A stretch of 64,000 bases of DNA from Acidobacteriota bacterium (lineage in GTDB: Bacteria > Acidobacteriota > Terriglobia > 20CM-2-55-15): NCBI GenBank assembly GCA_022821145.1, contig JAJEEE010000010.1, positions 10,015-74,014 of the forward strand, in the 5' to 3' direction. Each line of letters starts with the position of its first letter. Position 1 is the first letter of the stretch. This document shows, piece after piece, positions 58,926 to 64,000 of this stretch. Below the pieces are notes generated by a model, which was given only the letters and a program-made list of their open reading frames with translations, searched no databases and had not been told where the DNA came from. The position numbers and the translations under genes were made by a program.

Positions 58926-60492
58926 GCTGTGGGTCGTCGTCGCATGGGCCGTCATGTGGCCTCCGGCACTCGCGGCGGCCCAGGAGGGCGACCCGGGCGC
59001 CGGCAGAATCGTCATCGGAAGCAAGAACTTCACCGAGAACCGGCTGCTCGGCGAAATCATGGCCCAGCTCATCGAGGCGCACACCGACATCCAGGTGGAG
59101 CGCCGCGTGAACCTGGGCGGCACGACCGTCGTGTTCTCCGCCCTCCGGAACGGCGAGATCGACATGTATTCCGAGTACACCGGGACGGCGTGGACCGTTC
59201 AACTCGGCATCGCCGAAACCGCCGTGGACCGGCTTCGCGCCTACCTGCACGTGGCGGGCGAATTCGAGCGCCGGTTCGGCGTCACCTGGCTCCAGCCGTT
59301 CGGTTTCGAGAACAGTTACGAGCTGGCGATGGACGAGGCCGCCGCCGAGACGATGGGGATTCGCACGATATCGGATTTGCTCCCATACGAAGATCGGCTG
59401 CGCGCCGGCGTCAGCCACGAGTTCCTGAATCGCGACGACGGCTACCCCGGACTGGCCGCGGCGTACGGCCTGGAGATTCGCGACCTGCGGGGCCTGGAGC
59501 ACGGGCTCGCCTACGAGGCCATTCTCTCGGACCGGATCGACGTGATCGACACGTGGACGACGGACGGGAAGCTGCGGGTCTACGACATCCGGATACTGGA
59601 GGACGATCGAGGGTTCTTCCCCCCGTACGACAGCGCGCCCGTCGTCCGCAGCGACACGCTCGAGCGATACCCCGAGGTGGGCGAGGTCCTGGGCCGACTC
59701 GCGTTCAGGATCGACAACGAGACGATGCAGGCCCTGAACTATCGCGTCGAGGATCAGGGCGGCGGGTTCGACGAAGTCGCCCGCGACTTCCTCGTTTCGG
59801 CCGGTCTCGTCGACGATGCCGCGGCGGCGGAACCGGCGGTGGTCGACCGGGACGGCGGCTTTCCGGCCTTCCTCTGGTCGCGGCGCGGCCAGACGGCGCG
59901 GCTCGTCGGGCAGCATCTGGGACTGACGGCCATCGCCGTCCTGCTGGCCGTCGTCGTCGCGGTCCCGGTCGGCGTCGGCCTGACACGGCGGGAGGCGCTG
60001 GCCTCGCCCGTGCTCGGCGCGGTCGGCGTCATCCAGACGATTCCCAGCCTGGCGCTGCTAGCCTTCATGATTCCGATCCCGCTGCTCGGTCTGGGGGCGC
60101 GATCCGCCATCGCCGCCCTCTTCCTGTACGCGTTGCTCCCGATCGTGCGGAACACCTACACGGGCATCAAGGAAGTGGACCCCGACCTCCTCGAAGCCGG
60201 ACGCGGCATGGGTCTGGACAGCCGGCAGATCCTTTTCAAGCTGCAACTGCCCCTGGCGACGCGAACCATCATGGCCGGAGTGCGCACGTCCACGGTCATC
60301 AGCGTCGGCGTCGCGACCCTGGCGGCCTTCATAGGCGCCGGAGGGCTCGGCGACCCGATCGTCACGGGCCTGCAGCTCAACGACACGTACCTGATTCTCT
60401 CCGGCGCCGTCCCGGCGGCGCTGCTGGCCCTCGCGGTGGATTTCCTGCTCGGGCGCTTCGAGACTTTCCTCGTCCCCCGCGGTCTGGCCTGA
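58918..60492 (+). CDS. Fused glycine betaine/osmoprotectant substrate-binding + permease protein
   Basis: GSKNFTE, FFPPYD binding domain; QTIPSLAL, LLPIVRNTY, AFIGAGGLG permease. Confidence 0.9.
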   Translation: MYRLWVVVAWAVMWPPALAAAQEGDPGAGRIVIGSKNFTENRLLGEIMAQLIEAHTDIQVERRVNLGGTTVVFSALRNGEIDMYSEYTGTAWTVQLGIAETAVDRLRAYLHVAGEFERRFGVTWLQPFGFENSYELAMDEAAAETMGIRTISDLLPYEDRLRAGVSHEFLNRDDGYPGLAAAYGLEIRDLRGLEHGLAYEAILSDRIDVIDTWTTDGKLRVYDIRILEDDRGFFPPYDSAPVVRSDTLERYPEVGEVLGRLAFRIDNETMQALNYRVEDQGGGFDEVARDFLVSAGLVDDAAAAEPAVVDRDGGFPAFLWSRRGQTARLVGQHLGLTAIAVLLAVVVAVPVGVGLTRREALASPVLGAVGVIQTIPSLALLAFMIPIPLLGLGARSAIAALFLYALLPIVRNTYTGIKEVDPDLLEAGRGMGLDSRQILFKLQLPLATRTIMAGVRTSTVISVGVATLAAFIGAGGLGDPIVTGLQLNDTYLILSGAVPAALLALAVDFLLGRFETFLVPRGLA

Positions 60493-60794
60493 AGGCCGAG
60501 CGCCGTTCCTTGACGCGCAAAAAGGGGCGTAACAGGGTCGCCTCCGTCCGCCGGAACCGGGCGGCGAAACTTCGATGCCGTTCCGGAGCCTGGACTACCG
60601 GAAGTTCACGTTCCTGTCCGTCGAGGCCACCAGACCGAAGCCATCCAGGATCGGAGCGCGCGGGCTTGCACGGGGGTTCCCTTCATTCGCATCCAGATAA
60701 GGAAAACGCGGTGATTCCCGACCCCACTCGGCCCGAGTTCAGGGTCGGACGCCGTAAGCGTTGTCTCCAGTTCGGCGGCGCCCCGCAAATCCAC

Positions 60795-60823
60795 GTAAAT
60801 TGAACGGTAGGCGTTCGATTTGC
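60795..60823. promoter_or_regulatory. 29-bp imperfect palindrome (operator-like)
   Basis: gtaaattgaacg-gtagg-cgttcgatttgc, arms 10/12 complementary. Confidence 0.5.
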
Positions 60824-60873
60824 ACGGTTGTCGAAGTACGCCGGAACGGCTCGGATGCACCGTATCTCGCAGT

Positions 60874-61023
60874 TCGCAGGCGTATCCGGTGGCGTCCCCA
60901 GTCGGTGCGCGGCAGTCGGGCGCGACGACGCTTGCGGCGCTGGAGTCGTTCGGTCCGGAGCAGATAGCGATCGTCTACCCCGGAGATTCGCTATGCCGTC
61001 CGCGCCGCCGCACACCAATGTGA
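60874..61023 (+). pseudogene. Collapsed AAA_14/DUF4143-type ATPase remnant
   Basis: YPVASPVGARQSGATTLA (degenerate GxRQxGKTT) fused to ALESFGPEQIAIVYPG (C-terminal-like motif). Confidence 0.5.
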
Positions 61024-61064
61024 CGGAAGCCGCCGCCAGATCCGGCCGGGCTCGATGCCGGTCG

Positions 61065-61997
61065 CTATTCCCCGCCCATGAGCTCGGTCAGCGGCTCCTG
61101 AACGGCTTCGGCCCAGATTCGATACCCTTCGGTCGACGGGTGCAGCCGGTCGCTCATGACGCTGGCCGGGATGTTGCCGTCCGCGTCCAGGAACGCGTCG
61201 CCGATATCCAGGTAGTGGACCGACTCCCCGTCGTGCAATCGAGATATCGTGTCGTTGATCTCGGCGATCGTTCCGCGCACCGGATCGCCGGCCCGCCCCC
61301 TGGGGAAGACGCCCAGCAGCAGGATCTTCGCTTCGGGAAAATCGTCCCGCAGCTCCAGCACGACGGCCCCGATCCCTTCGGCGATTTCCGCGGCCGTGTT
61401 CCGCCGGGTATTGTTCGTGCCGATCATCAACATGACGGCGCGCGGGCTGAACCCCTCGCCTTCGCCGTTCGCCAGGCGATAGAGCACGCCCTCGGTGGTG
61501 TCTCCGGCGATCCCGAAATTCGCGATCCTCCAGTGCCCGAAGTACTCGTCGAGAACACTCTTCCCGGCGAAAGCTCCCTCGGTGTTCCGCCAGAAATCGG
61601 TAATCGAGTCGCCCATCAGGAGAAGCTCGGCGTCGCCGCCGCGCGCGACTTCGAGGTTCTGCTCGTGCTTGGCGCCAAACTGCGGCGCCAGGTTCGGAAC
61701 GATCGCCGTGTTGGCCCGCGGCACGCTGACTTCGAGCATGCCGGGATACCGTTCGAGAACCTCGCGTGTCGCCGGATCGGCCGTCCGAAGAAACTCTTCG
61801 AGGCTGCTCCGAACCGTTTCGACTTCTTCCGCGTCGGGCCGCGGAATGCTGACGGCTTCGGGCACCGCGGCCGGCGCGCCCCCTTGCGGCGCGGCGAAGA
61901 CGAGACTCGTTGCGCAGAGCAAACCGGCAACGACCGCGAGTGCCCGCGTCGCTCGACCAGAAAGACAACGTTCGTGAATCATCGAATCGATCCTCAT
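61065..61997 (-). CDS. Secreted SGNH/GDSL hydrolase
   Basis: GDSIT, NFGIAGD, IGTNN, DRLHP blocks. Confidence 0.9.
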   Translation of the reverse strand: MRIDSMIHERCLSGRATRALAVVAGLLCATSLVFAAPQGGAPAAVPEAVSIPRPDAEEVETVRSSLEEFLRTADPATREVLERYPGMLEVSVPRANTAIVPNLAPQFGAKHEQNLEVARGGDAELLLMGDSITDFWRNTEGAFAGKSVLDEYFGHWRIANFGIAGDTTEGVLYRLANGEGEGFSPRAVMLMIGTNNTRRNTAAEIAEGIGAVVLELRDDFPEAKILLLGVFPRGRAGDPVRGTIAEINDTISRLHDGESVHYLDIGDAFLDADGNIPASVMSDRLHPSTEGYRIWAEAVQEPLTELMGGE

Positions 61998-62001
61998 ATG
62001 G

Positions 62002-63099
62002 TTATTGTTTCGGAAGATACGCGACCCGGTCCCCGTTGAAGGTTCCAACCCAGAAGTTGTCGCCGACGGACAAGGCCGAGCTGACGCCCTGGATGGCCAC
62101 GTTCTGATCCGCCCCGCCCACGCGGGTGACTTCGAGCGTTTCCGCATCCACTTCCACGATCGACCAGCCCGTCGCGCAGTCCGGCCCCTGACAGTCTTCG
62201 AGCGACACGTAGTTGCCGCCGGCGGTCAGCAGTTTCCCTTCATCGCCCCAGCGCACGTTGTCGGGGGTGATGTCGACCGGCACCGCGGATTTCGCCGCAG
62301 GCGTTTCGCTGCGATCGAAACGGACGATCTCGCGAGTGCCGAAGGCCGCCACATAGACGAAGCGGTCGTCGGGAGACACGGCGATGCCGTTCGCCCCGGA
62401 CAACTCGGTCCCCTCCATCATGAAGACCTCGCCGCCCGGATGCCATTCGTAGACGTTCCCGGTGATCTCCCCGCGCCCGATGGCGCCGAACCCGACCGTC
62501 GGATCCATCATCTTGGTGGTGACGAAACCGCCGTCCGACAGGATGGCGACGCTGTTGGCGAAGGTGTTGTCCGGCAGCACGACGCATCCTCTCCAGGTGG
62601 CCGCGACATCCTCGCCCGTGGCGTCCAGGTCGAATATCTCGATCGCTTCCCGCTCGCCGTGGCTCGTGATGTAGAGATCGAACCGGTCCGCGGCATACTC
62701 CCGCAACGCGAGGCCGTGCGCCGAGAAATCGCCCAGGTTCAACGGGCCCGGGCATTCGGGAAACGCCGCGGCGTCGTGCGCGAGCATGGGCGTATCGCCG
62801 GGAAACAGCACGCGGAAGCTGTCGTCTTCAGGGTCGACCAGGTAGATGTGCCCGTCGACGTCCTGCCCGCTCATCCCCGAAACCAGGATGGATCCGGTAT
62901 CCCCGAGCAGCAACAGATCCTCGGGATTCTCCAGACCGCAGACATACGTGAGATTCCCTTCCGGTTCGCAGCCGTCGATTGCAGCCGCCTCGGGCGCAGC
63001 TCCGGCCTCCGGCTCCTCGTCGGACGCGCCGGCGCACCCGGCCAGCGTCAAACCGCCGATCAGGGCCAGTACGCCCAGGATCCTCTTGTTGGTGTTCAT
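62002..63099 (-). CDS. SMP-30/gluconolactonase/paraoxonase-like beta-propeller lipoprotein
   Basis: Lipobox LAGC; NPEDL, HG.RE.IE.F, ANGI, PDNVRW. Confidence 0.85.
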   Translation of the reverse strand: MNTNKRILGVLALIGGLTLAGCAGASDEEPEAGAAPEAAAIDGCEPEGNLTYVCGLENPEDLLLLGDTGSILVSGMSGQDVDGHIYLVDPEDDSFRVLFPGDTPMLAHDAAAFPECPGPLNLGDFSAHGLALREYAADRFDLYITSHGEREAIEIFDLDATGEDVAATWRGCVVLPDNTFANSVAILSDGGFVTTKMMDPTVGFGAIGRGEITGNVYEWHPGGEVFMMEGTELSGANGIAVSPDDRFVYVAAFGTREIVRFDRSETPAAKSAVPVDITPDNVRWGDEGKLLTAGGNYVSLEDCQGPDCATGWSIVEVDAETLEVTRVGGADQNVAIQGVSSALSVGDNFWVGTFNGDRVAYLPKQ

Positions 63100-63549
63100 T
63101 GCTTCGTTGTCCCCCGAGAGTTGAGCGGTTCGACGCATGCGCAGACACGGATGTCGCCCGGCGCCGCCGAATTGCGTGCTCCTTGTATAGTCCAAGTCCG
63201 CGCAACTCGCAACGGTGGAGTCTCGACCATCCAACTCGGAAGCGTGATCGTGAACGAAACATCCGAGTCGGACTCCCGGCATCCTGTGCATAGTCCAACG
63301 CCAGGCAAGCCGTACGGAACTTCTTGGAGTCGGCGGCGCATGAGGCGTCCGGCCCTGAAGGAGCCGGGTTGAGAGTGCCTTCGCGTTGCACGGATGCGAA
63401 CGGAAACGTCCCGGGCCCGGGCGGCGTCGCCAGATCGCGAGAACCGATCAGGCGGACGTTGAGCGGGCAAACGAACCGGACGCGCGGTGTCCGAACGCAT
63501 CCGCACGGCAAATCTGTCCGCCTCGGCGTGCGGCAGGAACAGCTCCCCG

Positions 63550-63578
63550 TTGACCAGCGACACTTGTCTATTTACCCT
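63550..63578 (+). promoter_or_regulatory. higBA promoter (leaderless) with GACA-ct-TGTC palindrome in the spacer
   Basis: TTGACC-N17-TACCCT-N7-ATG. Confidence 0.55.
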
Positions 63579-63585
63579 GAATGGG

Positions 63586-63864
63586 ATGATAATGAGCTTT
63601 CGACATCGCGGGCTCAAGCGCCTGTTCGAGCGCGAGGATCGCAGCCTGATCCGTCCCGGCCTCGTCGAGACGGTCGAGAATATTCTGTTTGCCCTCGACG
63701 AGGCGGCGAACGTACAGGATCTGGCCATTCCCCGGTACCGCCTGCACCCGCTCAAAGGCGCGCTCAAGGGATATTGGTCAGTGACGGTCAAGGCGAACTG
63801 GCGGATCGTCTTCCAGTTCAAGGAAGGCCATGCCTACCGTGTCGAGTTGATCGATTACCACTAG
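63586..63864 (+). CDS. higB: HigB/RelE-family toxin (plasmid maintenance killer type)
   Basis: SFRHRGLKRLF, RLHPLKG, WSVTV.ANWRIVF, IDYH. Confidence 0.9.
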   Translation: MIMSFRHRGLKRLFEREDRSLIRPGLVETVENILFALDEAANVQDLAIPRYRLHPLKGALKGYWSVTVKANWRIVFQFKEGHAYRVELIDYH

Positions 63865-63884
63865 CAGAAAGGGAGAAAACGGCC

Positions 63885-64000
63885 ATGTCGATGAAGAGTC
63901 CGCCGCATCCCGGCCGCATCGTCCGCCAGGATTGTATCGAGGCCCTGGGAGTGACGGTGACCCGAACGGCCGAACTTCTTGGCGTGACGCGTCAGGCCCT
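63885..64000 (+). CDS. higA: HigA antitoxin, 3'-truncated by window edge
   Basis: MSMKSPPHPGRIVRQDCIEALGVTVTRTAELLGVTRQAL, directly after higB. Confidence 0.9.
   Translation, partial: MSMKSPPHPGRIVRQDCIEALGVTVTRTAELLGVTRQA

Noticed and set aside
60600-60790. Possible 6S RNA
   Set aside because: Only vague short similarities; I could not build the long closing stem, and the usual gene context is absent
63270-63360. Possible second higA remnant (gaacttcttgg shared with higA; ELLGVG...RPAL across frames)
   Set aside because: Match too short and frameshifted to support by eye

Overview
High-GC bacterial chromosome segment, most consistent with an Acidobacteriota genome (inferred from Acidobacterial-type VWA proteins and ankyrin-DUF1592-DUF1552 modules). 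1-31 kb is mostly housekeeping: a multiheme cytochrome c and heme-copper oxidase assembly operon (ctaA, ctaB, ABC transporter, SCO, DUF420), an M14 peptidase, dciA-gatC-gatA-skp, detoxification-type genes, an Omp85-SurA-like-TamB operon, rpmB, a SurA-type PPIase, accBC-like genes, an amidase and an O-antigen ligase. 32-64 kb is accessory: two ankyrin/DUF1592/DUF1552 periplasmic modules, three intact and one collapsed VWA paralog, and a lower-GC ~3.7 kb island bracketed by a 16/17-bp direct repeat. The island carries an intact two-gene module (small GPY-motif putative winged-helix protein + SAMHD1-like HD phosphohydrolase), my best candidate for an undescribed toxin-antitoxin or anti-phage system. 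Further right are a ferritin-like protein, a desaturase/GntR pair, an osmoprotectant ABC transporter, hydrolases, several collapsed gene scars and a higBA pair cut by the window edge. I saw no rRNA, tRNA, CRISPR array, integrase or transposase. All family calls are motif recognition by eye, not database searches.
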